A stretch of DNA of 64,000 nt, from NCBI GenBank assembly GCA_016929445.1, contig JAFGIU010000057.1, positions 3,867 to 67,866 on the forward strand, read 5' to 3'. Positions 47,190-57,213 of the stretch are shown in pieces. Origin of the DNA: Candidatus Omnitrophota bacterium (GTDB lineage Bacteria > Omnitrophota > Gorgyraeia > JAFGIU01). Under the pieces are notes generated by a model that was not told where the DNA came from, did not search any database, and saw nothing but the letters and a program-made list of their open reading frames with translations. Positions within the stretch are counted from its first letter, which is position 1; every line of letters begins with the position of its first letter. Both the position numbers and the translations under genes were made by a program.

Positions 47190-49612
47190 CTCCGGTACTG
47201 GGCGAGCAAGGCCTTTTTCCAAACGGCCGACTCTTCCCCCAATTCTCCTTGTGCTTTGATTTGGGCATCTTCCAAGGCCATCCAGGCGCGCGCCGTCTCG
47301 CGCTGCTGTGCATAGTGTTGGGCCAAGGCCAAGTAAATCCTCGGATCCTGGATGTCCCGGCCGAGCTGCTTGAGCTCGATCTCGTACCGCAACTGCCTCC
47401 AACGCAAAGGCGCGTGCGTTTTGATCATCAATTCCTCAGTCAGGTACACAACGCGGTCCCCGTAAATGACCATGGGCAGTTTGATGCCATCCGCAGAAAG
47501 GGCCGTTTCCAGGGCGCGGTCAAACGAAGCCATGGCCCTGATTCCAAGGCCCATGCTGTCCTCGATCACTGCCCGGTTTAAAAGCACGGCCGGCCTGCGC
47601 GGGTCCAAATCAAAGGCCTTATCCAAGGCCTCCAAAGCAACGCGATTATCCCCCTGCACCCAAAGTGCGACGGCCAGATTATTCCAATTCACAGGCTGAG
47701 CCGCGTCCGCCTCCGCCTTCTGACGCCAGTGCGTGGAGTCCAACTGCAGTTCTTGAAAAGTGCACAACTCCATGCGGCGCAGGTGCTGCCGGCCGAGGAC
47801 CTCCAAGGCCTCGGCCCTTCTGCCCTCTTGAAGCAAGGCAAAAGCTAAGGCATCGTAGACCTCTTCAAAAGCCGCTGCAGACTTGGCAGCCGCGGACAAC
47901 CATTTCACTGCCTCTGCATCTTTCCCCTGGGCCAAGGCCCCCAATCCCCTGTAATAAGCCCAAACCCAATAATCCGCTTCGGATTGCAGAAGGCGGGCAG
48001 TGCGCATTTCGAGTTCTGCTATTTCTCCCCGGCGATACAGAAGCTGCAGAAGGGCCCGCTGAAGTTCATCATCCTCCGGCGACGCTTCGCTGAGCCTGCG
48101 AATCTCTTCCAAATCCACCTCGTACACAAGATGCGTGTGCCCGATTTGGTCCACAGGCTTGAGGCGCTTCAACCAGGCCGCCCGGTCCTCTTGGTTCAGG
48201 TAGTTCTGAAGCATTCCGGCCTTCACAATCACCTTCCCCTCCATTGCATCTTTGGGGTTAAGGTGTGCGCCCGGATGTCTCTTCATATAGCGCTGAACCA
48301 AAAAAGCATCCTGCCCCCAGTCCAGATTGGAGTCCAACAGCAAACGGTATCCCGCTGACGGGCCGCCCGCAGCCTCATTAAAATACGGCAGGTAATGCGG
48401 CCAGGTCCCAAGAGTGCCCATGACAAACCATGCACACAAGAAAGCAACACCCATGCGTCCCGTTCTTCCCCAATTCCACAAACTCCAGGCCCCGTAGGCG
48501 CTCAGCAGAAGGACCAGCGGGGTGAGCGGCAAGAGGTGGCGGTAGCCGATATTGTAGTGATTGAGAAACAGGAAGTAGAAAGCAATGCAGATCAGCGGAA
48601 CAAAGAGAACCCCTTGCAAGCGGCGGTTTTGACCCTCCTTGGGACGGAACAGAAGGATCTTGCCCGCACCAAAAAGTGCGATTAGAGGCAAGGGTGTCTT
48701 GGCCAGCCACACCACCGGGAAGTAATACCACCAGCCGTAACGGGAGTGCGCGCCCATGAGAAAATTGGGAAATCCGAATTCGCTGTAGTGGCGCTGAAAA
48801 TCCAAACCCCAGATATACGGCGCGGGCAAGAGGCCAAGCAGACTGCGCACGGGTTCGCGAGTTCCCCAATGGCTGAAGAGATCACTCGTAAACCAGCGCG
48901 CGTCCGGGGCCTCTCCGACCCCCTGCCATCCGTAAAGTGTGCAAAGCACAATCCAGGAAACCAGACAGACAATCCCGAGATAGCCCAGCCCCTTGTGATT
49001 TCGCGGCGCGAAAATTCCCAGAATGAGAAAAGCACTCAGCCAAACAAGGACTGCCGTGAATTTGGTGCCCAGGGCCAAGCCCATGCAAAGCCCGGCCAAC
49101 GCATAGCCCAATGCAGACGGTTTTTCAATGGCCCGCCAAACCGCGTAAAAGCACAGCAAGGCCATGGCTGCCATGGGAAAGTCCGTGTTCACCAGCCGTG
49201 CATGCGCTAAGAGATTGGGCTCAAAAGCTGCCAAGCCTGCAGCCCAAAGCCCGGCAGCCGGGGCCCAGGCCCTGCGGCCCCAAAGCCAGAGAATTCCAAA
49301 AAAAAGAAACACAAAGGGAAGCATGCAGAGACGGCACAGCATGAGTCGCACAGCAGGGTTCTTATAATCAAAAGAAGCCGAAAGCCACCCGTGCAAATAG
49401 GAAGTCAGCGGCGTGTGGGTGAGGTTTTCGCGCACAGCCCAGCGCGAGCCTTCGTAGAGATACTGAGCGGAGTCCATGTAGAGCAACTCATCGCCCGCAG
49501 GAGCCTTGAGAACAGCACTCGAGAAAGCCTGCACGAGGAATACCCCCATCAGCATCCAAATAACAATGCGTTCCTTCTTCCGGCTCTGAGCAAAAATATG
49601 CATATTCGCCAT
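47186..49612 (-). CDS. GT39/PMT_2 (ArnT-like) glycosyltransferase with C-terminal TPRs
   Basis: APAGDE, HTPL, FEPNLLAHARLVNTD, GTKFTA, AKTPL, IGYRH, DSNLDWGQD; paralog of 39832-42276. Confidence 0.88.
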   Translation of the reverse strand: MANMHIFAQSRKKERIVIWMLMGVFLVQAFSSAVLKAPAGDELLYMDSAQYLYEGSRWAVRENLTHTPLTSYLHGWLSASFDYKNPAVRLMLCRLCMLPFVFLFFGILWLWGRRAWAPAAGLWAAGLAAFEPNLLAHARLVNTDFPMAAMALLCFYAVWRAIEKPSALGYALAGLCMGLALGTKFTAVLVWLSAFLILGIFAPRNHKGLGYLGIVCLVSWIVLCTLYGWQGVGEAPDARWFTSDLFSHWGTREPVRSLLGLLPAPYIWGLDFQRHYSEFGFPNFLMGAHSRYGWWYYFPVVWLAKTPLPLIALFGAGKILLFRPKEGQNRRLQGVLFVPLICIAFYFLFLNHYNIGYRHLLPLTPLVLLLSAYGAWSLWNWGRTGRMGVAFLCAWFVMGTLGTWPHYLPYFNEAAGGPSAGYRLLLDSNLDWGQDAFLVQRYMKRHPGAHLNPKDAMEGKVIVKAGMLQNYLNQEDRAAWLKRLKPVDQIGHTHLVYEVDLEEIRRLSEASPEDDELQRALLQLLYRRGEIAELEMRTARLLQSEADYWVWAYYRGLGALAQGKDAEAVKWLSAAAKSAAAFEEVYDALAFALLQEGRRAEALEVLGRQHLRRMELCTFQELQLDSTHWRQKAEADAAQPVNWNNLAVALWVQGDNRVALEALDKAFDLDPRRPAVLLNRAVIEDSMGLGIRAMASFDRALETALSADGIKLPMVIYGDRVVYLTEELMIKTHAPLRWRQLRYEIELKQLGRDIQDPRIYLALAQHYAQQRETARAWMALEDAQIKAQGELGEESAVWKKALLAQYRR

Positions 49613-49617
49613 TCTTA

Positions 49618-49757
49618 GGGACAGGTCTCGCCATCCCTATACCGTATAATAGGTTACATGAGATCCGTCCCCATCCCCTTCACCGGTGATGAACGGCGAT
49701 AGGGGGACGGACCTCGCGTAACCCGCTATGCTGCAATGGATTCGAGAGACCTGTCCC
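49618..49757. repeat. Two GGGAC(A/G)G..CTCGC hairpin repeats
   Basis: Copies at 49618-49671 and 49704-49757; same family as 22781 and 32028. Confidence 0.78.
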
Positions 49758-51341
49758 TGGTTGTGGGGGGTTCCCGGTGTGCTGCAAATAGCAAGTCACG
49801 GTTTGGTTTTCCGGATACGCCTGATGCAGCTCTTCAAAGATCTTCCTTGCCTCCACCAGGTCTCCCTGTTTCCAACGGAGAACCCCGAAATCAAAAAGCA
49901 CATTGGCGTAGTCCGGGACCAGTTGCAAAGCCCGCTCGTAATGCCTCTCTGCCGCCCCCAGATTGCCCTCCTGCATATAGTCGGAACCCAGGTAGTAGTG
50001 CGCATGCGCATTGTCCGGCTCCAAAGCCACGGCCTTACGCAGATGCGCCAAGGCCGCTGAGTAAGCGCCTGCGCCCTTGAGACGGATACCGGTATTGAAG
50101 TGCGCGGCAAAACTCTGCGGCTCTGCCTGTAAAGCAGAGTCCCACAACTGGGCATCATTCCTCCACACTGCAGCCTGCGCAAGTGTCAGCGCCCCCAGCA
50201 CGCATACAAGCAGCACCCCCACATATTGAGGGCCCTGCTTTCCTTTATCCCAAAGATAACGACCCAGCAACCCGGCCAATCCGATTAGCGGCAAATACAA
50301 AAATCGCTCAGCCACCAACGCATTTAAGGGAACTAAACTCGAGGTAGGCAGATAGACCAGGAAAGAAAAAGCAATCAGGAAAACCGCAATCCGGTCCCCG
50401 CGCCTTAGGCGATCAGCGACACAAAACAACAGGAAACCCGCAAAGCCCAAGCCCACCCAAAGTCTGGGCTCAATGCCTGTAATGGGCGGCACCGGATGGT
50501 CGGGCGCCAAACCAAGCGGCATAAGCAGCAGCGAAAAGGCCCTCGCCCAGGCATAGTAGGCAGTCGCCAAATTCGTCCACGGCGTGCCGCCATGCCATGT
50601 GCGCTGACTCGTCCTTCCGAGAACGCCCATCCAAATCGCGGCATAGATGACTGCCGTGGCAAAAAACGGAATCAAGAAACGGTACCGGGAAAAGGCTCCG
50701 GAACTTTGCTCAGCTCTCTTGGATCCAAACAAAGCCTCCCAAACCAAAAGAACCAGCGGCAGCGTAAGGGCCACTTCCTTGGCCAGGGCCGCCAACAGAA
50801 ACAGACTCCAGGAAAACAGGCGCAAGCCTTGGCCGCCGGCTTCTGTACGCCTCGAACGCACATAGCAGAGAAAGGCGCCCAAATACAGCGGCGCGCACAA
50901 GACATCCGCCCGGCTCGAAATCCAGGCCACAGCTTCAACATTCACAGGGTGCAAGGCGAATAGGGCCGTCCCCCAGAGCGCTGCTTCAGATTCCAGAAAC
51001 TTACTAAGAAACAAGAAGACCAACAGGACGGTCAAAAGGTGGAGACCCAGACTGCTCAAGTGATAGCCCAGCGGATTAAGCTTCCACACAAAATAATCCA
51101 AGGCAAAACTCGTGGTGCGCAAAGGCCTGAAAATATCGTCCCAGACAATATCATCCGCCAGGGTATGCTGCGGCCGCAGAAAGAAATCGGGGATATTTCT
51201 CAAGGTCTGAAGATGCGAGTTGCCTGCGATAAAGAAGTGGTCGTCGTAGACAAAGCCTGCTTTGAGCACCGGTAAATAGGCCACAAAAGCCAGAAGAAGA
51301 ATTGCCCACAGCTGGATGCGAACAGACGGGCGTTGCAGCAT
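49680..51341 (-). CDS. TMTC-like GT-C protein glycosyltransferase with TPRs
   Basis: YLPVLKAGFVYDD, FRPLRTTS, LHPVNVEAVAWISSRADVL, LAKEVA, AERFLYLP and TPRs. Confidence 0.9.
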   Translation of the reverse strand: MLQRPSVRIQLWAILLLAFVAYLPVLKAGFVYDDHFFIAGNSHLQTLRNIPDFFLRPQHTLADDIVWDDIFRPLRTTSFALDYFVWKLNPLGYHLSSLGLHLLTVLLVFLFLSKFLESEAALWGTALFALHPVNVEAVAWISSRADVLCAPLYLGAFLCYVRSRRTEAGGQGLRLFSWSLFLLAALAKEVALTLPLVLLVWEALFGSKRAEQSSGAFSRYRFLIPFFATAVIYAAIWMGVLGRTSQRTWHGGTPWTNLATAYYAWARAFSLLLMPLGLAPDHPVPPITGIEPRLWVGLGFAGFLLFCVADRLRRGDRIAVFLIAFSFLVYLPTSSLVPLNALVAERFLYLPLIGLAGLLGRYLWDKGKQGPQYVGVLLVCVLGALTLAQAAVWRNDAQLWDSALQAEPQSFAAHFNTGIRLKGAGAYSAALAHLRKAVALEPDNAHAHYYLGSDYMQEGNLGAAERHYERALQLVPDYANVLFDFGVLRWKQGDLVEARKIFEELHQAYPENQTVTCYLQHTGNPPQPGTGLSNPLQHSGLREVRPPIAVHHR

Positions 51342-51342
51342 C

Positions 51343-52902
51343 TCAAACCCCTAGCAAAGACAGGTGCCGGAGCAGTTGGCCGGCCTGCGGATAGTTGAAC
51401 TGCTGCGCCAGAAGCGCATGAACCATGGACTCCTCCAAACGCTGGGGGTTCTGATGCATGAGCGTGAGCGATAAACCGTAATGAGCCAACCCACTGTCCC
51501 CGCGCAAGGAAATGGCTTTACGGAATTGATCCTCGGCCAGGAGAAAATCCTGGCGATGCGCGGCCGCCAGGCCCAAACCAATATGAGCCTGAAATGAGGC
51601 CGGCGCGGCTTCCACCTCATGACTCCAAAGAGTCCATTCATTCTGCCAGTCCTCTCCCCGCTCCAGTGTGAACAGGCCATAGGACAAAAGCATCGTAAAC
51701 GCCAAAAGGCTGGGCACCAGGCGCTCCTTCTTGTGGGCGCGGTCCTCATTCCAGGACCGGTTCCACAGCCGCACAAAAACCGCTCCCAAAATCCAGCCAA
51801 AACCCAGCACCGCCAAATAGAGAAAATGCTCGGCCATGATCCCCCGGAAAGGAACCAGATTGGAAACAGGCAGAAGAGTCCAAAAGGCCAAGGCCAAAGC
51901 CATAATGATCCAACGCCGGCCCAGGCCTACCCACAAGAGCGCGCCCGCCAAGGTCCCCATCAAAATCAGCGGCTGCCAAAAAGCGCCACTCGAAGCAGTG
52001 CTCACAGCCGAAACCTGCCGGATCACATAGAGCGGATGCGGAAAAAGCAGGAGTTCAAAATACCCATAGACAATACTGGGCACGGTCCACAAGGTGGGCC
52101 AAAATCCTCCGGCCCAATACCCCCTCTGCGCCACCGAACCGACCACAAAAAGACGCACCAGAAAGAAGACGCCTACCAAAATAAGATGCGGTTTAATAGT
52201 CCGAATGAGTCTGCCCAAACGCCGGATACGGATACGGTCTCCAAGACAAAAGGCATAGGTCAGGAGCAAGAAAGGCAGTACCACGGCAGTCTCCTTACTC
52301 AAAAGCGCAAGGAGCGTGGCCGCAGTACTGAAGAAATGGGCCCAGCGTTTGCCTTCAACCAGATAGAGCCTATAGGCCAAGAGCGCCCACAGGGCAAAGA
52401 ATGCATAGAGCAAATCCCCGCGCGAGGAAATCCAATACACGCTCTCGACCTGCACCGGATGCAAAAGAAAGACCGCAGCCCCAAACCAGGCCGCCTCCAT
52501 AGCGCGTTTCTGATCCATCCAGGCAAAATCACCGAACACCCGGATCCCCAACCACCAGGCCAACAGGACATTGAGCAAATGCAAGACCACCTGTGTGCAA
52601 TGGTAACCCCAGGGATGCGCCCCAAAGGCCCGCCACTCCAGGGCATAAGAAAGGGTGCGCAAGGGCCGGTAAATTTGATGATCCTCGGAAGAAACTGCCC
52701 GGGAACTCAGAAAATAGGAAGGCCATTGAGACAAGTCGTGTTTGGCCGTGTTTTCCACGATAAAGGAAACATCGTCGTACACAAACTCCCCTTGAAGGCT
52801 CGGCAAATAAGCCAAAGCCCCCAAAAGCACAAGGGCGAGTCCCCCGATCAGGTACCGGGTGAATCTGCCTCTGAAAATGGTTTCAGCATTTGATAAAAAC
52901 AT
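51343..52902 (-). CDS. TMTC-like GT-C protein glycosyltransferase with TPRs
   Basis: YLPSLQGEFVYDD, YRPLRTLS, LHPVQVESVYWISSRGDLL, LSKETA, AEHFLYL. Start ATG 52902 just after the upstream stop. Confidence 0.9.
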   Translation of the reverse strand: MFLSNAETIFRGRFTRYLIGGLALVLLGALAYLPSLQGEFVYDDVSFIVENTAKHDLSQWPSYFLSSRAVSSEDHQIYRPLRTLSYALEWRAFGAHPWGYHCTQVVLHLLNVLLAWWLGIRVFGDFAWMDQKRAMEAAWFGAAVFLLHPVQVESVYWISSRGDLLYAFFALWALLAYRLYLVEGKRWAHFFSTAATLLALLSKETAVVLPFLLLTYAFCLGDRIRIRRLGRLIRTIKPHLILVGVFFLVRLFVVGSVAQRGYWAGGFWPTLWTVPSIVYGYFELLLFPHPLYVIRQVSAVSTASSGAFWQPLILMGTLAGALLWVGLGRRWIIMALALAFWTLLPVSNLVPFRGIMAEHFLYLAVLGFGWILGAVFVRLWNRSWNEDRAHKKERLVPSLLAFTMLLSYGLFTLERGEDWQNEWTLWSHEVEAAPASFQAHIGLGLAAAHRQDFLLAEDQFRKAISLRGDSGLAHYGLSLTLMHQNPQRLEESMVHALLAQQFNYPQAGQLLRHLSLLGV

Positions 52903-52904
52903 GG

Positions 52905-53951
52905 TTATTGAAATAGAGTTTTGGAGAGCTGAGAGAGAATGGTCTGATAGGCCTCGCAAGGCGTCCAGCACTGCGGGCACTTCCCCTCTTCGATCTCCTT
53001 CCTTAGATTCTTGGTTTCATTCTCTTGCCAAAAACGGGCCAGATCGTAATCGCAACCGCGCAGACTGCCCGCCTTCCGGTCATAAATCGAACAAGGATAA
53101 ATATCCCCGAAGGGATCGATAAAAACCGAGGAGGCTAATGCCTGGCATACCATAGGCGACTGACCCGAGCGCGCAAACTCCGGGGCCAGAGCCAAGTAAC
53201 GGTCTTCCAGCCAGGCCACAGGATTTCTTGGCTTCCCCCTGAGCTTTCGGATCTCCCCCAGGATCTCCTGCAGTCCCTCAAGCGAGGCCCGGGGCATCCC
53301 CCCGTTTTGATAGTAATGCCCGGACTCGTGCGCCACGTTAACATGAAAATCCTTGTGCGTCACATAGGGCAGCTTAGCCTGCACATCCTTCACCGCCTGA
53401 GGGAACTGGCCCTCATTAAAACCGGAAAGCGTGAGCCCAAAATAGACTCCGAAATTTTCGCGGTTAATTTGCCGCAAAAGATTGAAGGTATCCGTGCATC
53501 GCTCCCATGCCCCCTCCACTTGCCGAATCTCATCGTGACCTTCCCGCGTGCCGTCCAGGCTCAGCGTGACCAAGAGCCGCTTGGGTTTGAGATCGAGGAT
53601 CTCCCGCACCTTCTTCTCAATATACTGGGTCTGCTGACCTGTGCTCGGGAAATCAATCAAGTACAAGTCTTTGCAGTTCCCGATCATGAGCTTCACGATC
53701 TCAATAAGATCCGGGCGCATAAAAATCTCACCGCCGCTCAAATTAATCCAGGAAAACCGGTTGGACTTCTGAAAAAATTCGCGGTATTCGTCCAGGCTCA
53801 TCTGAGCGCTGGAATCGCGTTGCCAAATATTGCACATCTTGCAGCGGCAATTGCAGGTGTACGTCAAGATGAGTGTGAGCTTATAGGGAAAAGGCAGGCG
53901 TTTGAAGTTGGTGGCGAACATGCGCGCGGCCAGTGCGGAGAGCGCGTTCAC
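52905..53951 (-). CDS. Radical SAM protein with SPASM/twitch domain
   Basis: CNCRCKMC, SGGE, SLDG..EGHDEIR, C...DPFGDIYPC...CPQCWTPC. GTG 53951 overlaps the upstream stop. Confidence 0.9.
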   Translation of the reverse strand: MNALSALAARMFATNFKRLPFPYKLTLILTYTCNCRCKMCNIWQRDSSAQMSLDEYREFFQKSNRFSWINLSGGEIFMRPDLIEIVKLMIGNCKDLYLIDFPSTGQQTQYIEKKVREILDLKPKRLLVTLSLDGTREGHDEIRQVEGAWERCTDTFNLLRQINRENFGVYFGLTLSGFNEGQFPQAVKDVQAKLPYVTHKDFHVNVAHESGHYYQNGGMPRASLEGLQEILGEIRKLRGKPRNPVAWLEDRYLALAPEFARSGQSPMVCQALASSVFIDPFGDIYPCSIYDRKAGSLRGCDYDLARFWQENETKNLRKEIEEGKCPQCWTPCEAYQTILSQLSKTLFQ

Positions 53952-56125
53952 CCGTTCAGCTCCGCGGCCTCGGGTTTTTGCCCATAGACCCCGATGCGAT
54001 ACTGCCCGCCCAGCCACCGCGCTGTCTGATTCACCGCGGCAATCCCTGCGCGCGTGACTTTATTCAAGGAACCGGGTTTATCCCAGCGCTTGCTGGGGTC
54101 GGCGTCCTCCCCCACAACTTGAACCACTTGCAGGCCCTCATTCTGAAAAAGCTGTTTGAGCGATTGGAGTCCGAAGAAATACGTATGGCTATTATCGTAT
54201 AAATCGTAGACGTAACGGTCAAAGAAGTGAAAGCTGCCCAAGTAGATCATGCGCGCCACGCGCATCAACAGGCTTTCCGCATTCTGGGCCACCACTAAAA
54301 GCAGACCGCCTGGCCGCAGCAAGCGGTAGGCTGTGCGCAGATCCGTGAATGGATCCGGCAAGTGGTCCAAGGTATCCCAGAACACCACCACATCAAAGGA
54401 GGCATCGGCATGAGGCACATCTTGAAGCGTGCCGCAGTGGACATCAACGCCGAACTGCTCCATCGCGTACTCCGCTGCATGCCGGGAGATCTCAACCCCG
54501 CAAGGCTCGGCCCAACCTGCCCCCTTGGCCATGTCCAAAAAAATACCCATGCCCGAGCCCACTTCCAGGATGCGCCCCTTTTGACGGTATTTGAGCATTT
54601 CCCAAAGAGCCCGCCGGTAGAGCGCTATCTCCTTACGGCTCAAACGCCTGCGATAATCCTGTCCATAGCGATGCAACTGACCTTGTTCAAAATACGTGCG
54701 ATCATTATAAAAACTCAGCAAGGCCCGTTCCGAACCCTCCATCAAACGTCTCTGCATCAAACCGCAATCCGCGCAGCGATAGAGCTCTCCGAAAAAATAG
54801 GGATAGCGCCGCTGCTGCAAGGGGTAATACATCCGCACCTGCGCAGACCCGCAAAGATGGCACTTTCCGTGCTCCGGCACTGCCATGGATAACTCCTCTT
54901 GCCAATTCGTGTCCAAGCCCTGCCCAGGCTCTTCCCGGGGCTCATCAGAAAAATAGCGCGCCTTGAGCGTGTCAAAAACCTCTTGCACGCTAATGCTCCA
55001 AATACACACCGGAAACTGGCAACTGCTGGTTTTTTGATTGAGATTCGTAATGCAAGGGCTGCAGGGCAGGCGATGGTAAAAGGCCGTGTGCTGCTCCCCG
55101 CCCCAGGGGCCGTAAAGGACCGGGGTGTTGGGCCCATAAAAACCTGCCACAGGCGTGGACATGGCGCACCCGAAATGCGCCAGGGCCGTATCATTGGAAA
55201 GAACCAAGTAAGCCCGGTCTGTGAGAGCGGCCAGTTCAGTGAGATTGATTTTCCCGGCCACGCTCGCGGAAGAAGCCTCCATCTTGTTACGGATGCGCTC
55301 AATAAGAGCGTTTTCCGCGCGTGTGCCCGTAAACACCACCCGCGCCCCGCACTCCGCGGCCAACCGGTCTGCGAGTTGGGCAAAAGAGTTCTCCGGCCAG
55401 CGCCGCTCCGCAAAATTCTCCCCGGATCCCGCATGGATCAAGACAATGCGGCCCTCTTGCCCGATGCCCTGATCCGCCAATAAGCGCTCCACGCGCCGGG
55501 CCTCTTCTGCTTTATAAGGAATAGCCACCGGCTCCAGATTCTCACAAGGCACTCCGGCGGCTTGCGCAATTGCGGCAAAGGCCGGCACCATGTGCCGGTT
55601 TTCCGGATAGTCAACGGGATGGGTATACACAAAGCCCCGCATCTGCCCGGGCGTCTCAAATCCGTAACGGTAGGGCGCGGCAGTCAAAGCGCTAAAAACA
55701 CTGGCGGTCTTGGCAAACTGTTCAAAATCCAGGACCATATCGACCCGCTCCACGGACAGATGCCAGAAGAGTCTCAACAGGCTAACAGCAAAATGAAAGG
55801 CGCTGGTCGTATCCAGATAAAGCACTCTGTCCACATCCGGAACGGATTCCATCAAGCCCGCGTTTTGGCGCAAGGTAAGAAACAGAATCTCGGACTGGTC
55901 AAAATGGACGCGAAGCGCCCGCACAGTGGGCAGAAGCATCACAAGGTTCCCGATACCCGGAAACTTGATGAGGAGAATCTTGGATGGAGATTGAGAATCC
56001 GGCGGGATAATCCCCAGAAGCCGGCGTAAAAACAAACGCAAGGGCAACACAAGCTGAAGCGCCACACAGAGCACATAGCAGGCGTACTTATCCAGAATCC
56101 GAATACCTTTAGAGTTTAGGGTCAA
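53948..56125 (-). CDS. GT9 (heptosyltransferase-like) glycosyltransferase fused to a class I SAM methyltransferase
   Basis: GIGNLVM, HAGSG...RRWP, SNDTALAH, GPNTP and CSPC, then CHLC..CADC, ILEVGSGMG and WDTLDHLPDP. Confidence 0.9.
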   Translation of the reverse strand: MTLNSKGIRILDKYACYVLCVALQLVLPLRLFLRRLLGIIPPDSQSPSKILLIKFPGIGNLVMLLPTVRALRVHFDQSEILFLTLRQNAGLMESVPDVDRVLYLDTTSAFHFAVSLLRLFWHLSVERVDMVLDFEQFAKTASVFSALTAAPYRYGFETPGQMRGFVYTHPVDYPENRHMVPAFAAIAQAAGVPCENLEPVAIPYKAEEARRVERLLADQGIGQEGRIVLIHAGSGENFAERRWPENSFAQLADRLAAECGARVVFTGTRAENALIERIRNKMEASSASVAGKINLTELAALTDRAYLVLSNDTALAHFGCAMSTPVAGFYGPNTPVLYGPWGGEQHTAFYHRLPCSPCITNLNQKTSSCQFPVCIWSISVQEVFDTLKARYFSDEPREEPGQGLDTNWQEELSMAVPEHGKCHLCGSAQVRMYYPLQQRRYPYFFGELYRCADCGLMQRRLMEGSERALLSFYNDRTYFEQGQLHRYGQDYRRRLSRKEIALYRRALWEMLKYRQKGRILEVGSGMGIFLDMAKGAGWAEPCGVEISRHAAEYAMEQFGVDVHCGTLQDVPHADASFDVVVFWDTLDHLPDPFTDLRTAYRLLRPGGLLLVVAQNAESLLMRVARMIYLGSFHFFDRYVYDLYDNSHTYFFGLQSLKQLFQNEGLQVVQVVGEDADPSKRWDKPGSLNKVTRAGIAAVNQTARWLGGQYRIGVYGQKPEAAELNG

Positions 56126-57213
56126 CTAAACCTCGGGCTCGCTTCCGGGCTGCGGTATTCCCCGCAGTCCTTACATACGCTAAAGAACTTCTTGCGCCGG
56201 TGACTGCGGCGCAATGCGCGCATCTTGCCGCCGTTCCACAAATCCCTAACCGGAGTCTCCCGCGCATTGCCGATCACCAGATCACCCTCCGAATCGGCAC
56301 AGCACACGGTCACCCGCCCGTCCCACAAGACAATGGCACTCCCGCGCCAAAGCTCCCGGCATTTGTGCTCCCGCGGGTGCTCCTCCAATTTGGGAATGAG
56401 CTGCACGCGATCCGCGATCGGCCCCCATTCCTGCCGGTAGCCCGCAACGTCCCGCTCAGTTTCCTCCCAAACCACCATGGAAGTATCGATCTTGAGAGGG
56501 CTATGGGTCGCATCACGCATCTTTTTGAATTCCAGAATATTGCGTTTGAGTTGCTCGTACTCAAAGCCGCGAATCTTTGTGTGTGTGTCCCCCAAGCCGT
56601 CCACTGAAAACGTAATGCGATCCAGGCCGGACTCCAGGATACGCTTAATGGCCTGCGGGCTCATGAAAGTCCCGTTTGTGGTCATCATGGTGCGGATGCC
56701 CCGGTCATGCGCGTAGCGAATCATCTCCAGAATCCGCCGGTGCAACATGGGCTCACCCCACTGAAATACCAGGATGAATTCCAGCTCCGGGTGCTCATCC
56801 ACAATTTTTTTGTAAAGATCGAAATCCAACAGGCCCTTTTTGCGCTCCATCCCGTGATTGACGGGACACATGGCACAAGCCAAATTGCAGGCATTCGTGG
56901 CTTCCAGATTGATGGTCACCAGCTTGAATCCCCGCTCCCGGCCCAAAACAAAATAAAGTTCATTCATGAAACCATGGAAGGCGGACTTGAAATCGGGAAA
57001 CTTGACGGCCAGGATACCTGCCTGATCCGGACGCCGCAAATACCAACGGGCCACAAACCCCATAAAGCGTTCCATAATCCAGGATTCCCACACCCGGACC
57101 TTGGCCGTGGCCGGCGGGATAAGCACATCCTCCGGCCGGATTTGCTCCGTCTCCGGGCTGGACTTAGAATGAGCTATGGCCTCTTCGACAATCGGATCTT
57201 TTTCTTCCGGCAT
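56122..57213 (-). CDS. Radical SAM protein with SPASM/twitch domain
   Basis: CNLACAMC, WGEP, TTNGT, FSVDG, CRELW...DGRVTVCCAD...CKDC. Start uncertain (57213 or about 57075). Confidence 0.9.
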   Translation of the reverse strand: MPEEKDPIVEEAIAHSKSSPETEQIRPEDVLIPPATAKVRVWESWIMERFMGFVARWYLRRPDQAGILAVKFPDFKSAFHGFMNELYFVLGRERGFKLVTINLEATNACNLACAMCPVNHGMERKKGLLDFDLYKKIVDEHPELEFILVFQWGEPMLHRRILEMIRYAHDRGIRTMMTTNGTFMSPQAIKRILESGLDRITFSVDGLGDTHTKIRGFEYEQLKRNILEFKKMRDATHSPLKIDTSMVVWEETERDVAGYRQEWGPIADRVQLIPKLEEHPREHKCRELWRGSAIVLWDGRVTVCCADSEGDLVIGNARETPVRDLWNGGKMRALRRSHRRKKFFSVCKDCGEYRSPEASPRFS

